Shown one piece after another: positions 9,930 through 22,348 of a stretch of 37,435 nt of DNA. Position numbers and translations under genes: made by a program. The notes under the pieces were generated by a model, which made no database searches, had not been told where the DNA came from, and saw only the letters and a program-made list of their open reading frames with translations. This DNA is from Octopus bimaculoides (Eukaryota): positions 41,093,397 to 41,130,831 of the forward strand of contig NC_068987.1 in NCBI RefSeq assembly GCF_001194135.2. The letters are read 5' to 3'. Within the stretch, counting starts at the first letter, position 1. Every line of letters starts with the position of its first letter.

Positions 9930-12900
9930 TCACTCTATGCAGTTTTGCTGAGTGTGATATCTCTTAAGAGGGATATCAGTTTTCAGTGGCTGAAAGAGAC
10001 CTAGTGATGTGATTAATGCTTTGATGAAAAACTGTATTGGCATGTTTGGAGTCATGGGGGTACTGATGATAGATAATGGAGGAGAGTTCAACTCTGAGGA
10101 AATGCAGGAGATTGCTTCAATCCTAAATATGTATTTGAACCATGGCTGAAATGAGTCCGTTTCAGAATGGTTTGTGTGAACATGTCCATGCCATCACTGA
10201 TATGATGTAGAAACTAGCAGCAGACAATTCACAAGTGGACGCTATTGGCTTAGGCCAGCATAGCAAAGAAGTCATTACAAATGTTGAATGGTTTCAGTAA
10301 CCACCCGTTGGTATTCAGCAAGAATCCAAATGTACCAAATATAATGCAAGCAGAGTTACTAGCTTTAGAGGGAAGCACAACCAGTGAAACCTTTAAACAT
10401 CTGAATGCTCTGCATGAGGCACGAAAGGCATTCATACAAACAGAAGCTAGTGAAAGGATTAGGCAGGCTTTGAAGTCAAAAGTGAGAGCAGCAGAACAGA
10501 TATATGAAAATGGTGATAAGAAGGAAGTGTAATCTTAAATTGTTAATAATTTAAAACTATGCAATATGTGTTTCCATAAGTTACAGGCTGCGTCCTTAAA
10601 TTAATGAGCAGTGGTTTTTCAGGATGGTAAAGTCCTGTTTGTTAGACATGGTAGTGTATTTGTCAGAGTGTCACCTAACACACTCTGCAAAGTAGGTGGA
10701 GTGTCATCTAACAGACTGTGCAAAGTAGGTGGAGTGTCATCTAACAGATTATGCAAAGTAGGTGGATATACCAAAGAAGGCTACCCAGAGGTAGAAAACA
10801 ATGACAATGATACAAACTCTGCAAGCAGCCAGCTAAGCATTTCAAAAGATCAACTGAATGTGTCAGAAAAAGGTGTAGATACTTCACAGGACCATAAAAG
10901 TGATGATGGTACTAAAAATGATGATGATGATGGAAGACATCCACACTGCGAAAAAACAGAAGAATATCAGAGTGAATCAATGGATCCAATATAAATTGCC
11001 AGAGTCTCAGGAATGGACAGATGCTACCATATTAAGCAGAGCAGGCAAAGCATCAGGAAGAAATAAAACGTGGCATAGTGTTCGCAATGAAGTCAATAAT
11101 GAAAAAACTTGATTTAGACTGTGTAGAATAGAAAAGTTTGAACACACTGGAACCTCTAGAAATACACGTTATAGTGGATGATAGTAATCCAAGCAGTGTA
11201 ATAGCCAAACAAGTCAAATTACAAAAGCTGCAAAAGTTTGAAACATATGGGGAAGTGAAAGATTGTGGACAAAATACTATATCAACAAGGTGGGTTGATC
11301 TATATCAACAAGTAAAGATGATAACATCTGAGCTTGCCTTGTAGCACAAGGGTTTGAGGAACTGTTATTTATACCTAAGGAAAGCCTGACTGTAGGAAAA
11401 GGAGTAATGAGAATATTTATCTCTCTTACAGCAAGCAAAAATTAGAATGTGAAAGCCACAGAAATAAAGTCAGCTTTTTGACAAGGCAAGGAACTAAATT
11501 GGGATGTTTATATTAAACCACCTGTAGAAAGTGACACAGAAAACTTGTTTGGAAACTCAAACATGGATTATATGGTGTTAAGGATGGTGCAAGACAGTTC
11601 TATATGAGCGTGAAAGATGAACTTATTTAATTAGGATTTAAACAGCTAAACTTGGATCCTGCTATGTTCACATTGACAAAAGGTGGAAATCTGCTTGGAA
11701 TCATATGTTGTCAGACAAGACATTTGAAGAAATGTTATGCAGAGTCAAAGAACAATTTCTAGTGGGTAAAGTTGAGGAAGGAAACTTCAGATACAGTTTC
11801 CAGATACAGATTTGGTGTATGTACAGAAATTGGATCCTCCACAACTAGATCCTATACATGCATCTGAGAAACAATCTCAACTGAATGGAGGCGAACAGTC
11901 CCAGTTCAGGAAGTTAGTCAGTCAGTTGAACTGGGTGGTACTAGGGTCACGTCCAGACATGACCTTTGAATTAGTTGATCTAAATACAAAACTGCCAGAA
12001 GCAGCTGTTGCTGACTTAGTGTGGGCTGTTAAAGGAGTGGTGAAATTGAAGGTTATAAAGCTTGTTCAGTCATTTCCATCCATGCAAGGAACACCTACAG
12101 AAGACTGGGAAATTTTTCTATTCAGCAATGCAGCTTTAGGGAATGTAAACAATGACAAAGGGAGTATTGGAGCACACATACTGTGGATTAAAGATCTTCT
12201 TGTAAACTGCTGTCCAATCTACTGAAAATCCCAACAAAATCGAAAGAATAATTCAATTCACTATAGCTGTTGAAGCCTTAAGCTTGCAGCGAAGATAAGA
12301 ATCAGTAGCATACTATAGAAAGTCTCAGGAAACATTTGTGGGATAGGTGAGCAGAGTCTACCACTCACAGTATTTATTGACAACGAGAGTGTCAAAGCTC
12401 TGAAGTCAGCAAAACTTGTTGAGGACAAACACCTGAGGATTGATGTTGCAGCGATAGTGGAAATGAAACAGAACAAGGCTGCTGAGGTCAAGTGGTGTCC
12501 AGGCAGGATACAATTAGCCAGTTCTCTGACTAAGCGGGGATCATCAACATCATCGTTTAACATCAGCCTTCCATGCTGGCATAGGCAGAATGGTTTGATA
12601 AGAGCCCAACAGGCAGAAGCCTGCACCAGATTTCTGTAACTGTTTTGGCAAGATTTTTACTGCTGGATGCCCTTCCTAACACCAACCATTTAGCTGAGTT
12701 GACTTAGTGCTTTTCATCTGACACAAGCACAGGCGAGGTCAGTTTTGGTAAGGTCTTTACAGCTGGATGCCCTTCCAAACACCAACTACTTTACAGTGTG
12801 AACTGGGTGCTTTTAAGAGGCATTTGCATTGACAGGGTCACTGAGTACTTACAAAACAAAAAAGTCTTTATTGAGAGGGGCGGGGGCATTGGAGGAGGTG

Positions 12901-13329
12901 ATCTTGTGTTGGATGAGGAAAAGTTATAGTGAGGCAGAGAGACAGAAACAGGTGTCTTACTGTAGAGGAGGTACAAGGTTACCCGGCCAGAGGGAGAGAG
13001 ATTAGGAATGAAGACAGAAACAGGTGCGCTGCCACAAAGGAAACACCCAACCTGAGGGAAGTGCAGGAGAAGGAGAGAGTGGGTGACAGCAGGATAGAGA
13101 TGGTGGCAAAGCGCAGGGCATATGCAATGATATGGTGAGACAGGGCGTGGGTGGAGCACACAGAAGCTAATGGAGAGCAATGTTACAGTGGCACAGGGCC
13201 AAGATTGGAGAGTGCAAGGTAAACCTAGTGCATGAAATGGAAATGTGAGGAAGTGAAGAGATGTAGTTTGGTTTGTTGTGATATTTTTTTGCGTGTGGGT
13301 GGTACACAGCACTTCTAGAACTTAGTTAG
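9930..13329 (+). mobile_element. Ty1/Copia LTR retrotransposon pol remnant (integrase, RT, RNase H), interrupted at 10515-10607 and 12550-13311
   Basis: Integrase DNGGEFNSEEM and SPFQNGLCE precede RT (TISTRWV, LVAQGFEE, KSAF.QGKEL, LYGVKDGARQFY) and RNase H (FIDNESV, HLRIDVAAI, QLASSLTKRG); integrase-before-RT order is diagnostic of Copia. Confidence 0.9.
12550..13311 (-). mobile_element. RTE-family 3' tail inserted in the last codons of the Copia pol
   Basis: Contains GGATGCCCTTCC..CACCAAC cores (reverse complement of 26418-26445 and 37261-37290) and the GATGTTAAACGATGATG terminus. Confidence 0.8.
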
Positions 13330-13374
13330 GCTGATGTGGACGGGTCTCTGGAATTGAATTGTTGAATGTACTTC

Positions 13375-13386
13375 AGAGGGGGAAAA
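13375..13386 (+). other. Putative Copia polypurine tract; degraded 3' LTR would start at about 13387
   Basis: AGAGGGGGAAAA 46 bp after the rejoined pol stop codon, followed by TTTAAG (TG start expected). Confidence 0.45.
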
Positions 13387-13654
13387 TTTAAGATAGAAAT
13401 TAACTGGACCTGCACAAACTTCACAGAAAACATTAAAAAATGTAAGCATCTGTAAATTGTGTGCTGGTGCCATGAGAAATGTTTCTATATTGTGACACTT
13501 ATAGAATATAGAAAGAAGTGTAAAACCAATAATTATATAATCCAACCAAAATATCTCAGTTATGCAAACATAAACAGAATTACTATTTAGCTTTAAAATA
13601 CATCGTACATATTCAAAGAACCTTCTTGGTTTAGTGGTACAGAACGTTCTTCTG

Positions 13655-14010
13655 GTACTCTTTTATTCTTTTCTTGTTTCAGTCATTTGAATGTGGCCAT
13701 GCTGGAGTACCGCTCCTTTGTCGCCCTTTAATCAAGGAAATCAGTGCACTTTAATCGAAGAAATTGACCCCTGTACTTAAGCCTGGTGCTTATTCTATCA
13801 GCCTCTTCTGCCGAATAGCTAAGTTACAGGGATGCAAGCACACTAACATTGGTTGTCAAGCGATGGTGGTGGGGGGACAAACAGAAGCACACACACAAAC
13901 ATATATATATATATATATATATATATAAGACTGACTTCTTTCAGTTTCCATCTATGAAACCCCCTCACGAGGCTTTGGTCGGCCTGAGGTTATAGTAGAA
14001 GACATTCTTT
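13655..14010 (-). repeat. SINE copy with internal CA/TA microsatellite
   Basis: Non-coding; CTCTTTTATTCTTTTCTTGTTTCAGTCATTTG end and internal microsatellite; family recognised by recall only. Confidence 0.55.
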
Positions 14011-14480
14011 AAAGTATAGAGTTGAATTTCATGTAGCCACCTGTTGGCAACTTTTCTCATCCACCCATTTTGTAGGGGGTATTACTCATTTTCTGGGCTC
14101 TTTTCACAGTTATACCCTGTTCAAAATTTGCATTGATTTTTGTACGATAAAGAAAGGAAGGGAGGGAGTCTTGTTTGGAGTGGAAACATTAAACATGCTT
14201 GGAAAAAAAAACATAGTCTTTCCCCCCAACTAAAAGACATGAAGAACTATGAAAGAGTGCAAATAAGTATTGGGGGTAGGTGAAAGAAGAGAGAACTAAC
14301 AGTTGATCATTCTAGAACTGCTAGGATGAAACCATAAACACCTGAATGACTTTCCCTCTATTCATTACTAAATGTCTCTCCCTCTTCTTCATTGTTAAAA
14401 GTAAAGAAGCTAGAAAATGACTGATGTTTTCCTTTCTCTGTCTCTATCACTTCACTCCTTTTCTTTACAGTTAAGAGAGT

Positions 14481-14810
14481 GCAGGTGCTTGGCTCAGTGG
14501 TTAGGGGTGTTTGGTACACGATCATAAAGTCATAGGTACGATTCCTTGTGGCGTGCTGTGTTTTTGAGCAAGATACTGTGTGTGCGCCACCTTGCTACAG
14601 TGCACTTAGCTGGCAAAAATGAGTTGTAGCTGTAATTCAAAGGGCCAGCCTTGTCACATTCTGTGAGGCTGAATCTCCCTTGAGAACTGTGTTACGGCAT
14701 GCATGTCTGTGGTGTACTCAGCCACTTGCATGTTAATTTTATGAGCAGACTTCTGTTGATCAGATAAACGGGATCCTCATCATTGTAAGTGACAGTGCCA
14801 CTTTTTAAAA
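14481..14810 (+). repeat. tRNA-derived SINE
   Basis: Pol III A box TGGCTCAGTGG (14490-14500) and B-box-like GGTACGATTCC (14535-14545); body recurs at 15115-15240. Confidence 0.7.
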
Positions 14811-15114
14811 AAGAGTGAAAGGAAAGGAAATGTTTTATCTCATAAGCCAAAAATGTCGTGTTTAGTATAAGCAGCGAAAGCTAAGATGAAATGATTGCTA
14901 TTCTGTTGTGTAGTGGCTTCGCCCTCGACTCCTGCTCAATTTGATAACAACTGTCTGTGCATTGGTGTCTACCTGGATGCTTGACCTCCAGATCTGTGAG
15001 ACACAAATGCTGCTGTTAGAACCAGATTAACACTCATAGTGACCCTAACAACTAAAAAGATTTTCCTGCCCCTATATAGGATCTGTTTTTGTTTTCTTCC
15101 AACCACTTGGAGGT

Positions 15115-15260
15115 TTATCTTGCTCCAGTCCACTCAGCTGACCAAAATGAGTTGTAGCTATAATTGAAAGGAGCCAGCCTTGTCATATTCTGCAGTATGC
15201 ATGTCTGTGGGGGTACTCAGCCACTTGCAAGTTAATTTTATCCTCATGTGGTAATGAAAA
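15115..15260 (+). repeat. 5'-truncated, internally deleted copy of the SINE at 14481
   Basis: Shares AAAATGAGTTGTAGCT..CCAGCCTTGTCA.ATTCTG..GCATGTCTGTGG.GTACTCAGCCACTTGCA.GTTAATTTTAT with 14615-14745. Confidence 0.75.
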
Positions 15261-15309
15261 GTGAAAGTGACATCCAATATTTGCTCTAGTTATTTGTCTT
15301 TGATTTAAC

Positions 15310-16200
15310 AATGTGTCTATGTATCATCTTTTCTTTCGATATATGTGTGTGTCTCTCTCACTTCCTCTGTGTCCTTCCTCTCGCTTGCTTTAATTAATAT
15401 ATGTATGTATCTATGTATCTACTTTTCTTTCGACGCATGCGTCATTCTACTCTGAAACATTTTACCTCCCCTTCAACTGAAGAAAAGTAACAGTAACATT
15501 CGCAGCTATTTGCTGAGAGAGAGAGAGAAGCACACAGCCAGAATAACTTTCTGACAGATAGATCGATAGGCAACATTCTCTTTCACTATTCTTCTCTATC
15601 CACTCCCTTCACTCAATCTATCTCTCTAAATCCTTCTCTTTCTCCTTCCCTCCCTCTCCTCTCCCTCCTCTATGTCTCCTTGCCTGTAACTGTCTTCCTG
15701 CGTTTAACGTGTTATATTTCTCTTACTTCTTAGCACTATCAATCTCCCCCCTCTCTCACTCCTCTTACTTCCTCCTCTTTGCTGCTTTGCCTCACTTCAA
15801 CTATACTTCCTCTGCGTCTGTTCTCTCCTGCTTTACCACTCACTCTCCTTAATACCTTTTATTTCTCTTTTTATTTGTACCTCACCCTTCAACCTTTTTA
15901 CCTCTTCCTTCGAAGTGTAGCGCACACCACAGGTACGTATGTACAAAAACAAAAAATCTATGCGTATTAATGTTTAATACGATGTAAGGGAGATAACTCA
16001 TATAATTACCTTCTTTTATAGAACTCTCTTGTGTAGAGGAAGAACATGTTTTGGTGAGTTAACGAAGAGGAAGAAAAAACAGAGCGTAGCTTGTCTTCCA
16101 ACAGTTTTTAAAACGATGTTTATCAGCCATAACACGGCAGATGGCTGTACTTCTCTCTGAGGCAGCTCCTTTACCCTCGTAACAGCTGATTGTAATACCT
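15310..16200. repeat. Unclassified interspersed repeat with CT-rich interior
   Basis: Pyrimidine-rich low-complexity core with CpG-richer edges (CGAAGTGTAGCGCAC, TAAGGGAGATAACTC); class not determinable by eye. Confidence 0.3.
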
Positions 16201-19200
16201 AATGCTGCTACACCAATCATTAGGTTCGACTTAGTTTTAGAATAGACCCATGATTAAAAGTGTTGTAGCTGAGACCAGCCATTCTGTCTTATTCAGTCAT
16301 ATCAGTCTAGGACAATATGCATATCCTACTTCTTTAAGCTGACTGAATGTTGTATGATAAATTTACTTGCTATATTCTAGTAGGTCAAGCAATCATGTTG
16401 AGGTCCTCTTTTTTCTCTTTGGTGTTATCTTAGACTTCAATAAATGAAATATCAGCACTATCAATCACTCCCCTTCTCTCTCTCTCTCTTGACAAATAGT
16501 GGTGAAGATTTGAGTTGCTTTGGTGTAGATGTTTGTGATGGCAGGTGGTTATTGTTGATGTTGTAGTGGTTATGTTGTTCTGTGTCTGAGCTAGAAACGT
16601 TTTTGTGTTACTTAAAGTATGTTAGGAGTAAGGGTGAGGTTTAAAAAGATGCCTTCTAACAAATGTACAATGCAATATTCATTGAAAATTTTAATGTCTC
16701 AGAGAAGGGGTAAGATTTTTAATTATCATATTGCTTCTAGGGTTTGGAATTTTGATTGTGAAGAACCCCTTGCATATTAAACATTAATGTACAATAGGAC
16801 AGTCATGATTATCATTAGTACCACAATTTTATTATTATAGTTAGGTGATGTGACAGCATCTTTCGGACATCCAACAACAGTCATGCCATTTAGGCATGTG
16901 CCTTGACATTCTGAGTTCAAGTCACTAATCTGAAATAAAATTAATAAAACTATTAAAAAGTTAGAAACATCATGAAACTGGAAAGCAAAATGAATCAAAA
17001 AGTTATTTGCTTGCCTAATATCTAGTTCTCATCTCATGAACTTTTTCAACTGTTCACTTGTTCAACTTTTCCAACCAAGAGAGCGACATACTGATTTCAT
17101 TCATATGAATGCTAACTTAGAAGAATACCAATGCATTGCAGTTTTGATAAAGAAAAGTTATTGCATTTTCTGTGGTTCCAAGCACAGATAGGATCTGTTA
17201 CAGTCACGTGTTAATTTGTTGTAGTGTTTCTAATTGCCAGTTATAGTAATATTTATGATCTTATGATTTCAGAGTAAAATGGAGAGTTACAGTTGCTCAA
17301 TAGTAAAGATATTGTTTGATAAATTACTGAAACCCAACCTTCCTCAAAATTATTTATTTCTGTGAATTCACGTGTTCTGTTAAGATTTCAAACCTTACTG
17401 TAAGATTAGAGAAGACGTGATGCTTACCAGCTGCCTAAACTTGAAATTTTTTAAAACATACCTTCAAGACATGGATTTTTGCAATATTCTGTTGGAATTT
17501 TTCTACAGTGGCTGAGTTAAAAGAATTGATGTTTAGCATCTGAGAGAATTGAGATAGTGGGGATTAAAGAAACATAATTTCCGAGGTATGGTATCAAACC
17601 TATTTGAAATAATGAACCCTTAAAAATAATAAAATTCAATATTTTGAAAATTTCAGAAATTGCCTAAAACTTTAAATAGCTATAAAATCTGGCTGGTAAG
17701 AGGTATGGAGCTAAAAGTTTCAGAAATAGCTCCTGTCATGGATATTAACAAATGGTGTAAATTTGAAGAAAATCTTAGAACCTTCATGACAGACCATTGT
17801 TAAATTTCACTGGAATGACCCAAAAGTGAGTGTTGCTTTGTATAAAGTAGGATAAAGACTAGGAGGAAAGGAAAGAATCTTATTATTGCTGCTTCTGTTG
17901 TTTTAGGACTTATAATGCTTATTAATACAATAGCCAACTGGAAATAGCTTTCATCTATTGGATTATCTTAATTTCTTTTTTTTTCCTTTTCCTTTTTCTT
18001 TGCCCATTTATTTCAGTACCTATTTTTCATCCACAATTTTAACAAATCAGTTATCTTTGTTCATGACTTCTTGCCAACATACTAGCTCATACTAGCTTGT
18101 CAATGCATAAATCACCAGTTACCCAGAAATTTTCAGTTCTACTTTGGGGTTGGATGAACACCTTGGAGAATGGGTGAAAAATTCGACATGAGAATATGCA
18201 TTGTATTGTAGAAACTTGCTGTGTCACTAATCAGATCATTTCAGCTGGATTGCCTCATTGAGCTGGTGCATTTATTGAATTCAAAGCTTTGGTTGTGTAG
18301 TTGTTATAAGATATCACAGGTGGTAAAAAAATTTCTGTATTGATGAGTATCCTGTTGTCAAGTGAGCAAACTGGCAGTGATAGAAGAGCGCTGGAGTTTC
18401 TCTTTTGTTCAAAATGTGTGGCACCCTTGTACTGAGTTTTCATACTTTTGCTGAGTGAAAGTGACAGATGGTTTTCTAGGAGTATCCCAACGGCTGGACC
18501 AGTTCCCTCGTGGACTAGCACAGATCCTTATGGATGACCTCACAGACTCTCTGAAATGCAGAGAGTCTGTGAGGTCAAATTTCCCCTCTTTGGAGTGTGA
18601 AAAATCATTTCCGCACAGTTCTTTCAGTAATAGCACCTATTCTGTACACAATACAAATGTTTCAAGCAGCCTGAGTAGCTTTGGAACCGTGATTAAAAGA
18701 GAAGAGAAGCAGGTATTGAGAATGATTCCCCAGGAACTCGATTGTCTTATGTGAAAAGCAAAATAAAAGTTATTTTAATTTCAGAAACGATGAACAAAAG
18801 TTGTAGAGAAAGAATAGAGCAACAAAAAAGCCATAAAACACTACGATAGAAATATTTTGTGTGTTAATTCAAAGTTGGATACAAATAAATAAATTTATCT
18901 GACAACCCAGCACTTTTACAATTTGAAGTGACAGTGCAACATTACATATAAACCCCTTGCGGTACTGACTGCATTGAAACACTGTATATGTGGCCAGAGG
19001 ATGGTGGAGTTTGTTGCCATGTTAGTGTACAGCCGCATAGCAGCTATGGCTGCAACCTACTTTTCTGTTAAGAATTTCTGATAACAGTGGATGGCAGCTA
19101 TGGCCACAACCTACATTTCTGTTTGGAATTTCGGATAAGTTCGTTTATTTGGTTGTTGTTATGTGAAGACCACAGATGAGGTTATATGCATGTGATTAAT

Positions 19201-20697
19201 ATGTAGCCACATGTATCTCTGTTGTTATGGAAAAGTGAATAGTACTTCCGCTCAGTTTCATAAACTGAACTGATCTGTAAAAGCACGGACGTTGTTATTG
19301 AACTCTTTACAAATTTTCTCACAGAGAATCGAATAACCAGTACCAGGGTATTCCTGTCATGATGATAATGATAGCGAGTCAGATTACGATTTGAGCACTG
19401 TGAGCGACTATCAAGAATCGGACAGTGAGAGTGGTGATGAACTTACCACAACCAGCAGGAATTTTGAGAGACAGTAGTTCATCTTTGGATTCTGACAACC
19501 CACTGGCTGCTTATGCTGGGAGGTCTCATGATACTGTGAAACTATATGCTGGACAATTTCCCGAAGCGACATGGATTCACAGAGTGGCTCATCAACCTCG
19601 TGATGTGAATGCATCAACCTCGTCACTCCAGTTTCTCAAGCTTTTTATTATTTTAGAACTTATTGAACACATTTGTACCAAGACAAATCGGTATACCGCA
19701 GCCAATCGTCACCCTACCCTGCAAAGTCACTCCAGAAAGTAGGTAGCTGTCACACCTGATGAGTTGGACTTATTCTGTCTTTGGTAATACTGATGGGCCT
19801 ACATCCCAAACTAGGTGTGTAGTTATACTGAATCAAGGACCTGCCCATGTCAGTGAAACTGATTGCTAGAAGCATTGTGTCCCACCTCCATGTAACAATA
19901 AATTTCTCACACACCCTACCTGAAGAAACCTAACTACATCTCCTCTTCTAAACTGCATCTTTCTCTCTTTCATATTTCCCCTACAGTATGATTGTCTCTC
20001 ACTGCCCTACTCACTGTATCATTGCTTTCCCCTACTGTATCTATCTTTATACTCAGGTTTTTACCAGTCACTGCAATCCCCATTCCCTTTTCACACCTTC
20101 TTGGCGATGCCTGACTGCATATATTATGACATCCATAACTTGAGGGCATGCCCTGGCAATTGCCATTTATCTCTCTCTTTTTAACCATCACATCTATTCG
20201 CTGATTCTTGTTACTTCACCACCATCTCTCTCCTTTCTCTTGCACTTTTGCTGTTTCTCACTCTCTCTCTTTCCCTTGCTCTTCCCTCTGGCTGGGTAGC
20301 CAAGTATCTCCACTGCAGCAGCACACCTGTTTCTGCCCTCGTTCTTGATCACACTCTCTCCTTCTCTTGCTTTTCCCTCTGGCTAGGTAACCAAGTATCT
20401 CCTTTACATCAGCACACCTATTTCTTCTCTCTTTCTTGTACCTCTCTCTGGCCAGGTAACTATGTACTTACTGCCTCCCTGTCTCTCTGTCANNNNNNNN
20501 NNCAAAATTTCTTGTCTTGTGAGTTACTTGGAGACTCTGCCAGTGTTAATGCCATGTAAAAGGCATCCAGTTCACACTGTTAAGTGGTTGGCATTTGGAA
20601 GGGCATCCAGCTGTAAAAATCATGCCAAGACTGACCTCGCCTGTGCTGGTGCCACATAAAAAGCACTGAGTCCACTGTGTGGAGTGGTTGGTATTAA

Positions 20698-22348
20698 CCC
20701 TTTCGTTACCATATTTTTAACCAAATGTGTTTAACCCCTTATGTGTTTCAATTAATTTCTAACATAATCATAAATTTAGGCTGGTTTCATTAAACAACTC
20801 TAACTTTTTTTATTTATCAACATATTAATGTGATTTTTGGAAGATAATTTAACGAAAGGTTCTCAACCAATTCTATACCAAAATTTTTGTCACAAAGTGA
20901 CTTTAATTACAGGTAAATACAGGTAAATTCAACAAAATATAAAATTATTTAAATTTTTGTTCAAACATCGCTATAGAAAATGGGTTATTAGCTAATATTC
21001 AATTGGGTATACAACAAAATATTATTATAGAAGAGTTGTGCACATTACTGGATTTATTACTGTCTCTTTTGCCAGTATAAAATTAAAATCCAGAGCAGTA
21101 CCCAGTATTTGATTCACNNNNNNNNNNNNNNNNNNNNNNNNNNNNNNNNNNNNNNNNNNNNNNNNNNNNNNNNNNNNNNNNNNNNNNNNNNNNNNNNNNN
21201 NNNNNNNNNNNNNNNNNNNNNNNNNNNNNNNNNNNNNNNNNNNNNNNNNNNNNNNNNNNNNNNNNNNNNNNNNNNNNNNNNNNNNNNNNNNNNNNNNNNN
21301 NNNNNNNNNNNNNNNNNNNNNNNNNNNNNNNNNNNNNNNNNNNNNNNNNNNNNNNNNNNNNNNNNNNNNNNNNNNNNNNNNNNNNNNNNNNNNNNNNNNN
21401 NNNNNNNNNNNNNNNNNNNNNNNNNNNNNNNNNNNNNNNNNNNNNNNNNNNNNNNNNNNNNNNNNNNNNNNNNNNNNNNNNNNNNNNNNNNNNNNNNNNN
21501 NNNNNNNNNNNNNNNNNNNNNNNNNNNNNNNNNNNNNNNNNNNNNNNNNNNNNNNNNNNNNNNNNNNNNNNNNNNNNNNNNNNNNNNNNNNNNNNNNNNN
21601 NNNNNNNNNNNNNNNNNNNNNNNNNNNNNNNNNNNNNNNNNNNNNNNNNNNNNNNNNNNNNNNNNNNNNNNNNNNNNNNNNNNNNNNNNNNNNNNNNNNN
21701 NNNNNNNNNNNNNNNNNNNNNNNNNNNNNNNNNNNNNNNNNNNNNNNNNNNNNNNNNNNNNNNNNNNNNNNNNNNNNNNNNNNNNNNNNNNNNNNNNNNN
21801 NNNNNNNNNNNNNNNNNNNNNNNNNNNNNNNNNNNNNNNNNNNNNNNNNNNNNNNNNNNNNNNNNNNNNNNNNNNNNNNNNNNNNNNNNNNNNNNNNNNN
21901 NNNNNNNNNNNNNNNNNNNNNNNNNNNNNNNNNAAAATGAAACCTCAGATTCATTATCAAATACCACGTGCTTTTTTTTTTCGGTTACAGAGTTAGATTT
22001 ATCAAGGTCTTCAACGGAAAATCCTTCGAATTCTGACTCGCTGCTTGACAGAATAAAATTCGTATCCATTTTTTTGTCAGGATTACAAATTTTGAAAACA
22101 CAACAGGAACAAATTTGGAAAAAAATCTCCCAAAATTCACAAAATTAAAAAAACGTGTTGATCGTCGTACAAAACTATAGCTGAACTGTTTACACAAATA
22201 ATCACATGTTTTCACGAATGTACTAACGAGATTTGCTCGGATATTCTCATTTAAATATGAATAGGTGATTACGGGCGGTTTTGGGCGGTTTGGTCACATG
22301 AACCAAAATTTTTTTTGGGCAGCTTTGGGCGGTTTGGTAACGAAAGGG
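20698..22348 (-). mobile_element. piggyBac family A internal-deletion derivative with both ends
   Basis: 14-bp TIR CCCTTTCGTTACCA at both ends; TTAA at 20694-20697 and 22349-22352; transposase start MDTNFILSSSESEF at 22069; 816 N inside. Confidence 0.92.
21118..21933. other. Largest assembly gap (816 N); others at 2075-2167, 2772-2959, 20493-20502, 27435-27955, 31071-31080
   Basis: Runs of N in the sequence. Confidence 0.98.

Noticed and set aside
14481-14560. tRNA gene
   Set aside because: A and B boxes are present but there is no full cloverleaf and it continues into a SINE body repeated at 15115.
16830-16930. C/D snoRNA-like GTGATGT...CTGA containing CATCTTTCGG (complementary to conserved LSU rRNA CCGAAAGAUG); alternatively a minus-strand exon ISDLNSECQGTCLNGMTVVGCPKD
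   Set aside because: Imperfect C box, no D' box after the 10-nt match and no terminal stem; the exon reading has a weak donor and no partner exon. A snoscan run or RNA-seq could rescue either.
18260-18300. RNP1-like GAFIEFK in one + frame
   Set aside because: Flanked by stops within a few codons, with no usable splice sites.
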